Part shown: one piece after another, positions 1 through 10,925 of the stretch
Position numbering within the stretch: position 1 is the stretch's first letter
Layout of the letters: the number at the start of each line of letters is the position of its first letter
Source: a virus
Lineage: Duplodnaviria > Caudoviricetes
Length of the DNA: 31,725 bases
Strand: one strand, 5' to 3'
Virus record (IMG/VR): IMGVR_UViG_3300008012_000096
Span: 1 to 31,725 of that record
Translations under genes and position numbers: made by a program
The notes under the pieces: generated by a model
What the model saw: only the letters and a program-made list of their open reading frames with translations
What the model was told of the DNA's origin: nothing
Databases searched by the model: none

Positions 1-1
1 A

Positions 2-184
2 GGCTCTAGAGTTCATAGTAATAGCGAAAGCAGAAGAATGACTGGTGGTGTTGTTAATAATTATAATATAACAATTAACGCTAAAGATACTTCTAAGGCA
101 GAAATGAGAAGAATAGCAGATGAGATAGGTAGGATGGTATCTTCTAAAATAAATAGAAGAACATCTAACAGGTCTTCGATGTGA
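2..184 (+). CDS. C-terminal fragment of probable tail tape-measure protein (5' truncated)
   Basis: Open frame GSRVHSNSESRRMTGGVVNNYNITINAKDTSKAEMRRIADEIGRMVSSKINRRTSNRSSM*; the 'NNYNITIN...IADEI' ending is typical of tape-measure C-termini; lies directly upstream of tail genes. Confidence 0.6.
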   Translation, partial: GSRVHSNSESRRMTGGVVNNYNITINAKDTSKAEMRRIADEIGRMVSSKINRRTSNRSSM

Positions 185-189
185 GGTGA
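183..189 (+). promoter_or_regulatory. Archaeal-type Shine-Dalgarno GAGGTGA (representative; the motif recurs before many genes on both strands)
   Basis: GAGGTGA 4 nt before GTG 194; similar GAGGTGA/GGTGA sites before 863, 10926, 11499 and, on the minus strand, before 18965, 23212 and 30577. Confidence 0.8.
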
Positions 190-193
190 TTAA

Positions 194-853
194 GTGGTAG
201 ATTATGTCTATTTGAAACTACAAAAATTTAGTGGAACTGATTTGAATGTGGACACCATACCATTAAAAGTTCAATCTGTAAGCGTAGCAGTAGAAAAAAC
301 CGTTCCTAACATTAGCATTCCCTTTGCGGGATTAGCAACTGGTGAGTCGGAAAAAATAGCGTTAGATTTAGGAATGGCAACTAAAAGATTAACACTAACC
401 GGATTTATATTAGATACACAAATAAAAAGAAGCCACACAGAAACGGGCGACCCTGCCACACCCATAGCATTAGAATTTACTGCTCAAGAAATAGCACAGT
501 TGATTGCTTCAGGTGTGGATGCTACAGGATTAACTAGATACCAAGCGTTCAATGAATTATTAGTTTATATGGATTCTAAAGTAAATGAAAATTATGAAGA
601 TAGAGGTAAAGCGGCTGACTCCAATGTTGATAAATTAGGAACTATTATAGAAAAAATACCTCTTACTTTTGCCGCTAGGGGAGATGCTTTCAGTAAAGAT
701 AATACTAATATTGTTAGACCGACTTCATTTCCTTCTGCGAATTCAACTACGGGAATCAAAGGATTCGTTTCATCATTCAGTTATGATTTGAATGCGGAAT
801 CAGTAGAGATTAGTTTTAATATGGAATTTACAATAGCCACAGTATTGCCTTGA
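194..853 (+). CDS. Putative distal tail / tail-tube-initiator-like structural protein
   Basis: 219 aa after the tape-measure gene; beta-rich pattern 'DLGMATKRLTLTGFI' and 'GFVSSFSYD...ISFNMEFTIA'; SD present. Confidence 0.55.
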   Translation: MVDYVYLKLQKFSGTDLNVDTIPLKVQSVSVAVEKTVPNISIPFAGLATGESEKIALDLGMATKRLTLTGFILDTQIKRSHTETGDPATPIALEFTAQEIAQLIASGVDATGLTRYQAFNELLVYMDSKVNENYEDRGKAADSNVDKLGTIIEKIPLTFAARGDAFSKDNTNIVRPTSFPSANSTTGIKGFVSSFSYDLNAESVEISFNMEFTIATVLP

Positions 854-862
854 GGTGAATAG

Positions 863-2104
863 ATGTCATACAGTATATTTGCAGGAAAACAAAAAAGTTT
901 GGTTTTTCCTATAATGTGTAATGGTTTCTTAACAATTGATTATGCAAAGAATGTTCCTGATGCTACAACATCAGCAGATACTAGTGATGATATTCCTTAT
1001 GGTATTTGGGCGCATAGAGGTTCATTTACATTTGAGGCTATAGTAACGCCATATGATATTAATGGGTCGGGAACATATACTTCTAATCAAGTTCATTTGC
1101 CTCAAAATTTCTCTAAAAAAATATTTCCCGAAAGCGCACAAACAGCCGGATTTGTCTCAACAGAAGAAAGCAGTTTGTATATGTATAAAGGTGAAAGACT
1201 AGACCACAGAATGACATTATTCTATAGCCCAACTTTTCAAGTATTTCTACAGAATGTATCTAAGCATAACTATAGAAATCCGGCAGAATACAAAATAGTC
1301 GTAAAATTAAAACTCGGCAGTAATTCTATTGAAACATTTACTAGCCCTATAGCAATACAGCCAACCAAAGACACATATGTAAAATATTCATCTTCCGATA
1401 CTTTCAATGGATTAGATGCAAACGGCAGAACTGCATTTATAAAATTAGGAGAGTCTGCCGTAGGTTCTTTTGGCTATACCGGAGGAAATATGAATGGAAC
1501 ATTTGTAGTGCATAATAGTGCATTTCCTGTCAATTCAACTGTTCATGGGGCGCAGGATGTATTTGTTAAGGATGGAGATTCTTATTTTCAAATAGGAACA
1601 CTAAAGAATCTAGCCACTACTTTTCTTTCTATTCATCCTAATAGTGGGCCAATTACAGACTATACTTCTCTATTGAATTCCGGAGCAGAAATATTTATTG
1701 AAGCCGAAAAAGATTGTGCATATGTAAATAATCTTTTTCATGTTGCCTGTTCTTATGATGATACCGATAAGAGAATAAATATATTTTTAGATGGTAGTTT
1801 AATATTTACAGGCACTAGTTCTAATACAGAAACATTTGAGTTTTTAAGAGAAAATATGTATATTGGTGCTAATGCTACTGGAACACATGGCGGTGCTTTT
1901 AATGCTATCTTAGAAAATAGGGGAGCAAGAGGGGGAGGAACGAATGCCGATTCTAGTGCAGTAACCAATGAACAATTTATGGGGGAATTACATGAGATGT
2001 CTTTTGTAAATATAGTTAGGAATCAATTTTCTAGTATAACCAATCTCACACCCAACTATGCTAATACTTTGCTTTACCTTAGATTCGAGGAGGTTGATGT
2101 CTAA
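863..2104 (+). CDS. Virion protein with concanavalin-A/LamG-like beta-sandwich
   Basis: LamG-like motifs 'SFTFEAIVTP', 'FHVACSYD...INIFLDG', 'MYIGA', 'FMGELHEMSF'. Confidence 0.7.
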   Translation: MSYSIFAGKQKSLVFPIMCNGFLTIDYAKNVPDATTSADTSDDIPYGIWAHRGSFTFEAIVTPYDINGSGTYTSNQVHLPQNFSKKIFPESAQTAGFVSTEESSLYMYKGERLDHRMTLFYSPTFQVFLQNVSKHNYRNPAEYKIVVKLKLGSNSIETFTSPIAIQPTKDTYVKYSSSDTFNGLDANGRTAFIKLGESAVGSFGYTGGNMNGTFVVHNSAFPVNSTVHGAQDVFVKDGDSYFQIGTLKNLATTFLSIHPNSGPITDYTSLLNSGAEIFIEAEKDCAYVNNLFHVACSYDDTDKRINIFLDGSLIFTGTSSNTETFEFLRENMYIGANATGTHGGAFNAILENRGARGGGTNADSSAVTNEQFMGELHEMSFVNIVRNQFSSITNLTPNYANTLLYLRFEEVDV

Positions 2105-5100
2105 TGGCTATAGATGTAAGTCCTAATACACAGGCCAACAGGGATGAGTCTCCAACAAACCCTAAATTTGCAGATTCATCAATCAGTAATGGAGATTTAA
2201 TGGCTGTTATAATTCAAACACATCCAAGCGGAAATCCTATCTTTACTATAGGTAGTGAACTTTCTAATAAAGCGAATACCAAAGGATTTAGAATAAAACA
2301 TGATATTGATGGTAGTAATCTATTAACTCTATCTTCTTTTGGAACAGTTGATTATTTTGTTTTATTATATTCGGATGACCCTGCTAAACATCATTTTGCT
2401 AAAATAACTAATCTAATAGTAGAAGATAATGGAAACGGAACTACTACTGGAGATGCCTTTGAGTTTGAACCGAGAATGGGTAATGAAATACCAAAAGGAA
2501 CAAAATATAGAGTTATCACCGGAGTAAATAATGATACTCATAATAACTCTATAGTTGCGCTATCAATCGGTTTAAAACAAGAAACTACTTACAATTTAAA
2601 GAATAATATTGTTTGTGCAAGACCGCATTTTTATTTTTATAATAATAGAGAACTAGGAACTTACGCAAACCCTCCGATAGCGGGAGAAAATTCTCACGGT
2701 AAAATAGATAAGGAAAATGAACTAAATCATAATTATAAATACATGGCGACTATAAATTCTAGGACTGGAAACGGAACAATACAAATGGGAGTGAATATTC
2801 CTAATTTTCAGGTAACAGGAACTACGGGGATAGTATTTAGAACACAACAGGATTTTGGTAAAAGAATCATTGATTACAGCAAATTTGGATTGAAGGTAAC
2901 AATGACAGATGTATTAAGAAACATAGATGAAGATGGATTCGGAACAACATCTTCGGGTTCTACTCTACTTAATTATAGTTACAATTTGGGTCAAAGTAAT
3001 ACTATTACTACAGACTATACCGACTATGCAAAAGCATATCCAAGTGCTAAAAGAGTTGCCTCTAATTCTTTAGGTTCTTCTTCTGCTAATCCTAACCTAT
3101 TCAATGCCGGAGAAATTAGATATTTACACTACGATACTTCTCCGAAAAGTGCTAACATAGTTACGGGAGTTTCTCAACATGAGACAGAAGATTCAATAGA
3201 GCAGGGTAGTTTTTCCGAAACTAGAATTATAGATAATGCTAGAATTATGCGAAAAAAGATAGAGGAACATACTCTATACCAAACAAAGCAATTAGTTCAC
3301 ATTGGTAACTTAAACGACTTTGTTGATTTAAAGGCCACATATTCTTCTACTTCATCCACGAATGTATTTGTCTTTGATACTGAATACAACTTACAAACAG
3401 TATTAGGAGTTGGAGACGAAATAAGATTAGGAACTACAATTATGTTAGTAGAGACTGTTAGCGGTTCTTCAATAACAGTAAGAGCAGAAAAAAGAGAAGC
3501 AGGAAAGAATACATTTACTTCTGTTGCTTTTACTCCAACTGTAGGAGATACTCTACAAAGAAGGGCTTTAGATTATACAAACCAAAGAATATTCACAACT
3601 ATGGATTTAAGTGGTGGAGTTGATAAATTAGAAATACTTTTTACATCTGGAAATCTTAGAAATTTATTTGGAGAAGTCACAGCAAAGAATATTGACCAAT
3701 CAACTTTAACTTTTAATGGTCTTTTAGAAAATAATGACTTTAAAAGTTATTATGGGGTAGAAGCAGTTAAGTTTGCTAAAGGAGAATATAGAGTATTTTC
3801 TACAAGATTCACTGGAGAAGTAGAAGAGATTAATCAAGTAAAAGAAGAAGGTCAAACCTATTTAGATATAAAAGGAAGAGACTCGATGAATAAACTTCTT
3901 TCTCCTGTAGTGAATAAAGATACAGTATTTAGTGAGGACATTATTTATTCTAGTAATAGTCCGTATAATAAGTTAGGTAATATAAAAAGCGGAAACACAT
4001 ACAGTTTATCCCTCGGTGCGACTACTCTTGATACTAATATATTAGACGGTGCAAATAATTCATTAAATGGTTCTAATTTCGACAACTATCCCGTTGTTGG
4101 AAGTGATTTATTTAGTGAAAATGGATATATAGGTAGAGTAACTGCTGTTGATGTCCATAATACGGATAAGGCGAGTTTTACCATAACTAGAGCATTAACT
4201 AGAGTCATAAATGAACCAATTTATGTAGAAACCGAAAGAAACTATATATTTACAAAGGCATTGGGTTCTTCTCATATTACTTCAATCTCGCCCACTTCAC
4301 TAATAGGTTCTTCAAACAAGGGGGTTATTTTTACAGCAGGTAACATAGCAGGAGACTTTGATACTGATGGAGATAATTCTGTTGATACTGACGAAGGCGA
4401 TACCTTAGTCAATGCCTCTTCTTTTGGTTCATTTAACTTTACTACTGGAAAATACACCACTACTGATGAAAGGGCTGTAGGTTTTCAAATCCATGAACCA
4501 TCTAGTATAGCAAATGACAATGCATTTCAATGTAAATTAAAAGATGAAATGGGTAATAATGGATTCTCTAGTTTTAACACAGTAGATACTTTAATAGATT
4601 TTGAAGTTGTTTCTACGACTAAAAAAGATAACATAACTGAAATAGAATTAGCACCATATATGCCTTTATCATTGGGTAGAAAAATAAGATACGAAGGGGC
4701 AGTTAATGATAGAATAGAAACAACATATGTTCAAGCAGGGATAGTTTCATCAATAAACAATGTCGGAAGAGTTAGTTCTTTTATAACGAATTCTCTACAT
4801 GCTTCAGTAAAAATAGGCGACCCGCTATATGCTCAAAATTTTGACCAATCACAAACCTTAGACAAAGGTTTTATTGGATATGTTCAAGATATAATTGTAT
4901 TAGATGAATCTGCTAATCTAAGAGGCTCAAATAATCCTTCAAGCAATACTGCAAAACGACGAGTTATATTAGACAGAACAAATATTAACGATGCCGATGG
5001 TAATTTAATATTAGAATTTGATATTAATGATGTTATTTTCGCTTCTGTTAGAAAAAGAAATCATATGAATTTTATAAATTCAGCACATCTTTGGGGAGGT

Positions 5101-8100
5101 AAAATGGTGACGATACCTCATCTAAGAATTTCTCAAGATACAGGTGTTGGGCTAGTTCCTTTCAATATGAATTTAAACTCTAGTGATTTAAATAAAGAAT
5201 TAGGTATGTTGATATACAAACCATTCAATTCCGATACTAGAAGACTAGGGCATGAAAAATATTCATTTGTAGAACAACCCGCTTCTACTAATATAACGAG
5301 AAATCAAATATATGATATTAGAGAACATAACTTTACTAAAAACTTTACATCGTATCAGTTTAAACCAAATGTTAATTCCGGATTAAATAATGTTATTGAA
5401 GAAAATAAAACAGACAGTAATAATAAAATACCATACGATATGAGAGGAATGAGTAGTCCGTTTGGTTCTAATGTTACTGTTCATAATAGAGTAAATAGAG
5501 GTGCTAATTTTAGTGGTGCGCCCATTCAAACCCGCATAGATTCGTTCTCTCCTATAAATTACATTTATGAAAGTAAAGACCATTCATTTTCTAGATTATT
5601 TTTATATGTAACTACAGATATTCTACCTCCTCATATAAGCAGAAATACTAGTTTGTTTTCTAGTAATAAGACTATTAATAATTATAAACTTCTATTGACT
5701 GATAATACTAATAAAACTAACAATGATAATATAATTTTACAAGATTCTAATTATCAAAGTCTTTCCTTTACTACCGATGTTGTTCTTTCTAATCTTGTTA
5801 GTTTCAATTTGATGAGATTAACTGAATGCGTATATGATGAAAACTTTATTTTGATTAATCCTGAAAAAAAGACAGATGATATTCTTATTAATACTCCTTC
5901 TACTTTTGAAGAGAGAATATATCAAAGAAGCCAAATAACAGGAAATAGCATAAATTCTATTGATGGAACAACCGACCAAATATCTTTTGTTAATCCAATA
6001 TCTTTTGATGGAGGTGAAACTATTTATTCTGCTGATGGTAGTTTTATTGGTGTTGTTAGTGGCCAACATAATAATCAAACGACCATACAATGTGACACTA
6101 GTTTCAAAGTTCACACTCCTAATTTCTCTCAATCTCATTCCAATCCCGTTAAAGTTAAACAATTCGCAATAGCAACAGTTAGAGGGAGAGATAAAACAGA
6201 CAGTATAGATGCGTCTCCTACCAATAAATACCATCCATTAAAAGGTGCTATTATTCCTAAAGATTTCGATAGTAGTCATCCACAAAATTCTAATTACGAT
6301 TATGGAGAATTTAGCGGTGACTATGCCTATGCAAAAAATGGAGGTAGTGCAATAACATTACTTCAAAATTCGGAAGTAGTATTGCCTAGTATTTATCCCA
6401 ATGGATTATTTACTAGTAGTTCTTATGTTTCTACTACAAATGGAGCAGTAATAGTTCCTAGAGGTGAAATGCTACAAAGTAGCAAAAACAATCCATATGG
6501 AGGAACAATAGGTGTTATTTTAGATAGATACGGAATAGAAGATTCACACCATAAGTTAGAAGCAGGTAATTGCACAGGTGTTTTAGGAAATAGTGTAGGC
6601 GGAACAGCAATAGGAAGCATTGGCGGTTCGGGAGTAGAAATAGTTACAGTTAGGGCATCTACTCATTTTAAGCAGTTTTTTACATCTAGCGATACTAGCA
6701 CACATGATTATGGGACTAGCGATTACCGTTCTCCTGCTGATGGTGCTTATTTAGGATTTAAACTTAGATTATTTTACAATTCTTCTTTATCGGGTATGTC
6801 AGCAAGTGTTCCACATATTTCGTCTTCGGGTAATATATTTAAAACTGCTATAAGCCCACAACATTCTGTTAAAAGTGCTTGGCTAGCATATGTTGATTTA
6901 ACCGGATGTTACTTAGTTCCCGAAAGCGGTTCACCGACAGAAAACTCGGTAGATTCTATAATAGGAGTGAAGACAACCCCAATTTATGTCTATGCTCATG
7001 AAGTAACAGCAGGAACTACAACAGTGGAACTTTATACAGAATCGGCATTAACCAATGGTACTGCATATAGAATAATGCAACCCAATCCAGTTTGTATGTA
7101 TGAATTTTCTCCCGAAACTATTGAATTATTCGTTCCTAGAGGAGAATACACAAAAAAAGCAAATAGTGATGAAATGTATGGGAAGCAAGAAAATAACTAT
7201 TTCTTTAACGAAGGTAGTAGGCAGTTTGAAACCACCAACGAAGCCGTTTTGTCTATGTATGTTCCTTTAGATATACATAAGAATGTAGGAGGCACTACTA
7301 TTTTATCCGACATAGTTCCGAAAGGAGATTATGATTTATTGTTCAGTGATGGCGATGAGTCTTTTAAGTCGCCCACTAAAATAAATATCATAGATTCTGC
7401 TAAAACACTGACAATCAAAGACAAAAAGAAACTAAACGGAGTAATATCGGTTTCCGAAACCTTTGTAGTGAATTCATTAGAAGAATTAAAAATAAATCCA
7501 AAAAGAGCGTGTATCGGCTCTACTGTTACAATAGCCGACGAAACAGAAACTATCATTAATGAGATATTTGAAGAAGAAGGTATAGAATTTACTAACACTG
7601 TTCCCACATATCCATTATTTATAGCACCGGAGTTTAGAGGGGTTTCTGCTTTTACTGCTATTAATTTCCTACTTAAGAGAAAAGACTTAAGGTTATTAGA
7701 AACAGAAGGGGTCTTTTCTGTAGTTCCTCATAGGGATTCTAGTCTAGTAACAAACATACTTATTGATGATGATAAGTTGATAGAGTTTCAATCTACTAAA
7801 ACAACATTTGACTTTTATAATGAAGTTATTGTTTATGGTGCGTCGCATAAGGGTATTAAAAGAAATTTGAACAGTATAAAGAAAATAGGTAGGAAAACTT
7901 TGGAAGAAGTTGATTCTAGTTTAATTACCCAACAAGATGTAGACGAACAGGCTTCTAGGCTTTTAGACTTACACGGTAATCTAAACATAAAGCACAAAAT
8001 AAAGGTAATACCAACAGGTGTAGAACAAGTAAAAGCAGGAGATATAATACAATTTGAATCTAAACAAGAAAATATCGGACTATCTAATTTCTTAGTATTG

Positions 8101-8421
8101 AATGTAAATCACGAATTGTTCGGCTTTGTTACTTTAGAAATAGGAAGATACTCTAAAAGATTAGAAGATGTATTTTCAGAACTATTACTTAAAACGCAGA
8201 ATAATGCGAATAAAAACAGGTCACAAGACTATATATCAAAAACCCCTTCTTTAGATTTCTTAGAAAAAATTAAGGTTAAGCCAATCTCTCTAACCATTAG
8301 AAAAAGAGAAACTTCGGGAACAACACTAGGGTTTACAACAACACTAAATACAAACACAACCCCACTAGGTATAGGTGGTTCTAGCACAGCAACCTTGCTG
8401 AAAGAGGAGGACTTGATATGA
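2104..8421 (+). CDS. Very large tail tip / baseplate hub-like protein (2105 aa)
   Basis: Hub-like segments 'FTGEVEEI...LDIKGRD' and C-terminal 'YNEVIVYG...VKAGDIIQF...FLVLNVNHE...TLEIG'; Ser/Thr/Asn/Gly-rich beta inserts; located in the tail module. Confidence 0.65.
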   Translation: MAIDVSPNTQANRDESPTNPKFADSSISNGDLMAVIIQTHPSGNPIFTIGSELSNKANTKGFRIKHDIDGSNLLTLSSFGTVDYFVLLYSDDPAKHHFAKITNLIVEDNGNGTTTGDAFEFEPRMGNEIPKGTKYRVITGVNNDTHNNSIVALSIGLKQETTYNLKNNIVCARPHFYFYNNRELGTYANPPIAGENSHGKIDKENELNHNYKYMATINSRTGNGTIQMGVNIPNFQVTGTTGIVFRTQQDFGKRIIDYSKFGLKVTMTDVLRNIDEDGFGTTSSGSTLLNYSYNLGQSNTITTDYTDYAKAYPSAKRVASNSLGSSSANPNLFNAGEIRYLHYDTSPKSANIVTGVSQHETEDSIEQGSFSETRIIDNARIMRKKIEEHTLYQTKQLVHIGNLNDFVDLKATYSSTSSTNVFVFDTEYNLQTVLGVGDEIRLGTTIMLVETVSGSSITVRAEKREAGKNTFTSVAFTPTVGDTLQRRALDYTNQRIFTTMDLSGGVDKLEILFTSGNLRNLFGEVTAKNIDQSTLTFNGLLENNDFKSYYGVEAVKFAKGEYRVFSTRFTGEVEEINQVKEEGQTYLDIKGRDSMNKLLSPVVNKDTVFSEDIIYSSNSPYNKLGNIKSGNTYSLSLGATTLDTNILDGANNSLNGSNFDNYPVVGSDLFSENGYIGRVTAVDVHNTDKASFTITRALTRVINEPIYVETERNYIFTKALGSSHITSISPTSLIGSSNKGVIFTAGNIAGDFDTDGDNSVDTDEGDTLVNASSFGSFNFTTGKYTTTDERAVGFQIHEPSSIANDNAFQCKLKDEMGNNGFSSFNTVDTLIDFEVVSTTKKDNITEIELAPYMPLSLGRKIRYEGAVNDRIETTYVQAGIVSSINNVGRVSSFITNSLHASVKIGDPLYAQNFDQSQTLDKGFIGYVQDIIVLDESANLRGSNNPSSNTAKRRVILDRTNINDADGNLILEFDINDVIFASVRKRNHMNFINSAHLWGGKMVTIPHLRISQDTGVGLVPFNMNLNSSDLNKELGMLIYKPFNSDTRRLGHEKYSFVEQPASTNITRNQIYDIREHNFTKNFTSYQFKPNVNSGLNNVIEENKTDSNNKIPYDMRGMSSPFGSNVTVHNRVNRGANFSGAPIQTRIDSFSPINYIYESKDHSFSRLFLYVTTDILPPHISRNTSLFSSNKTINNYKLLLTDNTNKTNNDNIILQDSNYQSLSFTTDVVLSNLVSFNLMRLTECVYDENFILINPEKKTDDILINTPSTFEERIYQRSQITGNSINSIDGTTDQISFVNPISFDGGETIYSADGSFIGVVSGQHNNQTTIQCDTSFKVHTPNFSQSHSNPVKVKQFAIATVRGRDKTDSIDASPTNKYHPLKGAIIPKDFDSSHPQNSNYDYGEFSGDYAYAKNGGSAITLLQNSEVVLPSIYPNGLFTSSSYVSTTNGAVIVPRGEMLQSSKNNPYGGTIGVILDRYGIEDSHHKLEAGNCTGVLGNSVGGTAIGSIGGSGVEIVTVRASTHFKQFFTSSDTSTHDYGTSDYRSPADGAYLGFKLRLFYNSSLSGMSASVPHISSSGNIFKTAISPQHSVKSAWLAYVDLTGCYLVPESGSPTENSVDSIIGVKTTPIYVYAHEVTAGTTTVELYTESALTNGTAYRIMQPNPVCMYEFSPETIELFVPRGEYTKKANSDEMYGKQENNYFFNEGSRQFETTNEAVLSMYVPLDIHKNVGGTTILSDIVPKGDYDLLFSDGDESFKSPTKINIIDSAKTLTIKDKKKLNGVISVSETFVVNSLEELKINPKRACIGSTVTIADETETIINEIFEEEGIEFTNTVPTYPLFIAPEFRGVSAFTAINFLLKRKDLRLLETEGVFSVVPHRDSSLVTNILIDDDKLIEFQSTKTTFDFYNEVIVYGASHKGIKRNLNSIKKIGRKTLEEVDSSLITQQDVDEQASRLLDLHGNLNIKHKIKVIPTGVEQVKAGDIIQFESKQENIGLSNFLVLNVNHELFGFVTLEIGRYSKRLEDVFSELLLKTQNNANKNRSQDYISKTPSLDFLEKIKVKPISLTIRKRETSGTTLGFTTTLNTNTTPLGIGGSSTATLLKEEDLI

Positions 8422-8759
8422 TAACAGAAAAAATGAGAGAATTTATTGCTACACAATTAAACAACGCATTAACTGGTGGTTCGGGGGCTGTTGGACAAGG
8501 AGGAAACTCGACTAACCCAACTAACAATATATTAGATGTTCCTCTTGTAACAGGACTTTCGACAACAGTTAGTCAAACAGGAGGCGTTATAGATGTTAAA
8601 TTAACAGTTTCCGGTTCTGCATTAAGTGGAAAAACAATTAGAGAAGTTGGTCTTTTTAATTCTACACCCGATATGCTTCAAAGAATTAATTTTGACGCAG
8701 TTGGGCCGATAACAAATAGTGAAATTCTTGAAATTTTTATAACAATGGAGGTAGAGTAA
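8418..8759 (+). CDS. Small tail-collar / fibre attachment protein
   Basis: 'TIREVGLFN' motif typical of phage tail-collar fibre N-terminal domains; ATGA overlap with the upstream gene. Confidence 0.6.
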   Translation: MITEKMREFIATQLNNALTGGSGAVGQGGNSTNPTNNILDVPLVTGLSTTVSQTGGVIDVKLTVSGSALSGKTIREVGLFNSTPDMLQRINFDAVGPITNSEILEIFITMEVE

Positions 8760-8760
8760 A

Positions 8761-10176
8761 ATGGTAAGTAACCCTAATTTTTTCAGCACATCAAGTAATG
8801 GAACCCCGCTTAATCAAATAAGAGACGCAGTAGATTTTCCTCATACTGGATTAATTAAAGCACTAAACGGGGCTATGTCGGATAGGGCTATTATTAGTGG
8901 GTGTGATATTACTATAAGTAATTCTTCTGCACAAGGAAGCACTGGAAATAATTTTGTTACTGTTACTGCGGGAATAGGAATAATAGAAGGAAAAAGGTGC
9001 GGTATAACTGGTAATGCTCAAACTATAGCGGCTGCTCCTCCGGTAAATAGTTTTCATTTAGTGGTTGCACCTAAACCATCTTCTAGTGGTTCTACACAAA
9101 TAGTTTTGAGAACTTCTACTACCACAAATACAATACCTGATTTAACCGCAGGAGATACCATAGTAGCAGTAATAAAATATTTAGGAGGTTCTACCGCACC
9201 GGAAATACAATACTTAACTGCGGATAAAAAAACTAACAGTTTGAGTATTGCTAGAGAAGATTCTAGTGTATATACAGAAGGATTAACAATACAGTCCACT
9301 ACAAATGGAGATATAGAAATAGAAGGAAAAGAACAAGATAAAGATATTATTTTCAAAGCAAATGATGGAGGAACACCAACCGAAGTGATGAGAATTGATG
9401 GTTCTACATCAAGGATTGGAATTGGAACTAATACTCCTGCTACTATGTTGCATTTAAAAAGTAGTGGAACAGGAGAGCCTAAAGTTACTTTGGAAAATAG
9501 CAACGATGATTCACAAGAACCACAATTAGAGTTTAAGAAAAACGGAACATCTCCTGCCAATAGTGATGATTTAGGAATTATTAGATTTGTAGGGGATGAT
9601 AGCAACGGTTCAGCGCATCTTTATGCTTACATGATGTCAGATGCCGAAAATGTTACAGCAGGAGCAGAAACAGGAAGAATTTTCTTTTTTGTATCTAAAG
9701 CAGGAACAACCGTAGAAATGTTAGGTTTATCACACGATGAAATAGTTGTTAATGAAGCCGGAGAAGATACTAATTTTAGAGTAGAAAGTGATACTAATGC
9801 AAATATGTTGTTTGTAGATGCAGGAAATGATAGAGTAGGAATAGGGACTAATACTCCATCTGCTACATTAGAAGTTGCTACCGGAGGAACATTTAGAACT
9901 CCTAGATTACCTACTGTTGGTATAGGAAGTCCCACTACTTTAACAGAAGCAACCCACGCAGGAGCGTATTTACTTTGTGGGGCAAATGTAACTTTACCTG
10001 CTACTTCGAGTCAAGGAGAACATTATACTATTCTAAATACAACAACTGGTAATATTACTGTTGCTAGAAATGGTAATAATATTAATAATGCGGCTTCCGA
10101 TATTACAGTTGCTACACATAATGGTGTGACTTGTATCGCTGTCGGTCAAAATGATTGGATTGCATTAGGAGTTTGA
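8761..10176 (+). CDS. Tail fibre protein
   Basis: Two 'R(I/V)GIGTNTP...L(H/E)' repeats; 'EVMRIDG' and C-terminal 'VTLPA...YTILN...ITV...W' segments typical of phage fibres. Confidence 0.75.
   Translation: MVSNPNFFSTSSNGTPLNQIRDAVDFPHTGLIKALNGAMSDRAIISGCDITISNSSAQGSTGNNFVTVTAGIGIIEGKRCGITGNAQTIAAAPPVNSFHLVVAPKPSSSGSTQIVLRTSTTTNTIPDLTAGDTIVAVIKYLGGSTAPEIQYLTADKKTNSLSIAREDSSVYTEGLTIQSTTNGDIEIEGKEQDKDIIFKANDGGTPTEVMRIDGSTSRIGIGTNTPATMLHLKSSGTGEPKVTLENSNDDSQEPQLEFKKNGTSPANSDDLGIIRFVGDDSNGSAHLYAYMMSDAENVTAGAETGRIFFFVSKAGTTVEMLGLSHDEIVVNEAGEDTNFRVESDTNANMLFVDAGNDRVGIGTNTPSATLEVATGGTFRTPRLPTVGIGSPTTLTEATHAGAYLLCGANVTLPATSSQGEHYTILNTTTGNITVARNGNNINNAASDITVATHNGVTCIAVGQNDWIALGV
9409..9876 (+). repeat. 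Two-copy protein repeat in the tail fibre (SRIGIGTNTPATMLHL / DRVGIGTNTPSATLEV)
   Basis: Copies near 9409-9456 and 9829-9876, sharing the nucleotide core ACTAATACTCC. Confidence 0.75.
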
Positions 10177-10181
10177 TTACT

Positions 10182-10916
10182 TTGTATAACGCTATTGCGG
10201 GTTCTTGTGCTGAACAAGAGGCTAATGCAGGTGGTGGCGTTCCTCCTCCGGTTCAAATTCCTTTTACAATAGCGGTTGATGCTTCTAGTGGGGCTAATAA
10301 TGCCATGACAGGAGCATTACACAATCAGTCACAAAGTAACGCAGGAGGTAATATTGGAGTGTATATAGATTTTGCAGATGGAACTTCGGGAACAAGTGCA
10401 GGTCAATCTACTTATGGAACAGCATCAAGTCCTACAAGAACAACTCAAATTGCTCATGTTAGAACAAGTGAAGTTGCCGCTTCTTACAATACTGCTCCCG
10501 TATTTGGTATGTTTTTATTTTTTGGAGGATATATTAGACAAGGAAATATGGGGACAATAAGTAATATCCATTGGCAAATACCGAGTAGTGTTACAAGTTC
10601 ATTAAGTAATGGCACATTTGTTGTCCCTCCGAATGAAGTTTCGGATACTAATGAACATAATCAAAACAATATATTAATAGATGGCCCAAGCACAAATAGT
10701 GGCACTTTTACTTTTATTCCTCAAGGAATTTATGGTAGTATGGCTAAAAGCATTGGTAGTAATTTTCGTCTATTCGGTTTAAGTTGGGGAGGAGGTAGAG
10801 GAAGCCCTACATTCCCTGCTGTTAATGATACAATATCATTTATATTTACAGTAGATGCTGATATAAGCGGAACTACTCACACAGTAAGGCATGAATTTAT
10901 TATAAAATTTATTTGA
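10182..10916 (+). CDS. Putative fibre-associated / receptor-binding protein
   Basis: Gly/Ser/Thr-rich beta protein directly after the fibre; TTG 10182 preferred over track start 10155 because it avoids overlap. Confidence 0.5.
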   Translation: MYNAIAGSCAEQEANAGGGVPPPVQIPFTIAVDASSGANNAMTGALHNQSQSNAGGNIGVYIDFADGTSGTSAGQSTYGTASSPTRTTQIAHVRTSEVAASYNTAPVFGMFLFFGGYIRQGNMGTISNIHWQIPSSVTSSLSNGTFVVPPNEVSDTNEHNQNNILIDGPSTNSGTFTFIPQGIYGSMAKSIGSNFRLFGLSWGGGRGSPTFPAVNDTISFIFTVDADISGTTHTVRHEFIIKFI

Positions 10917-10925
10917 GGTGATAGA

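Noticed and set aside
8761-10916. Diversity-generating retroelement target in the fibre genes
   Set aside because: No reverse transcriptase and no template/variable repeat pair seen in this window
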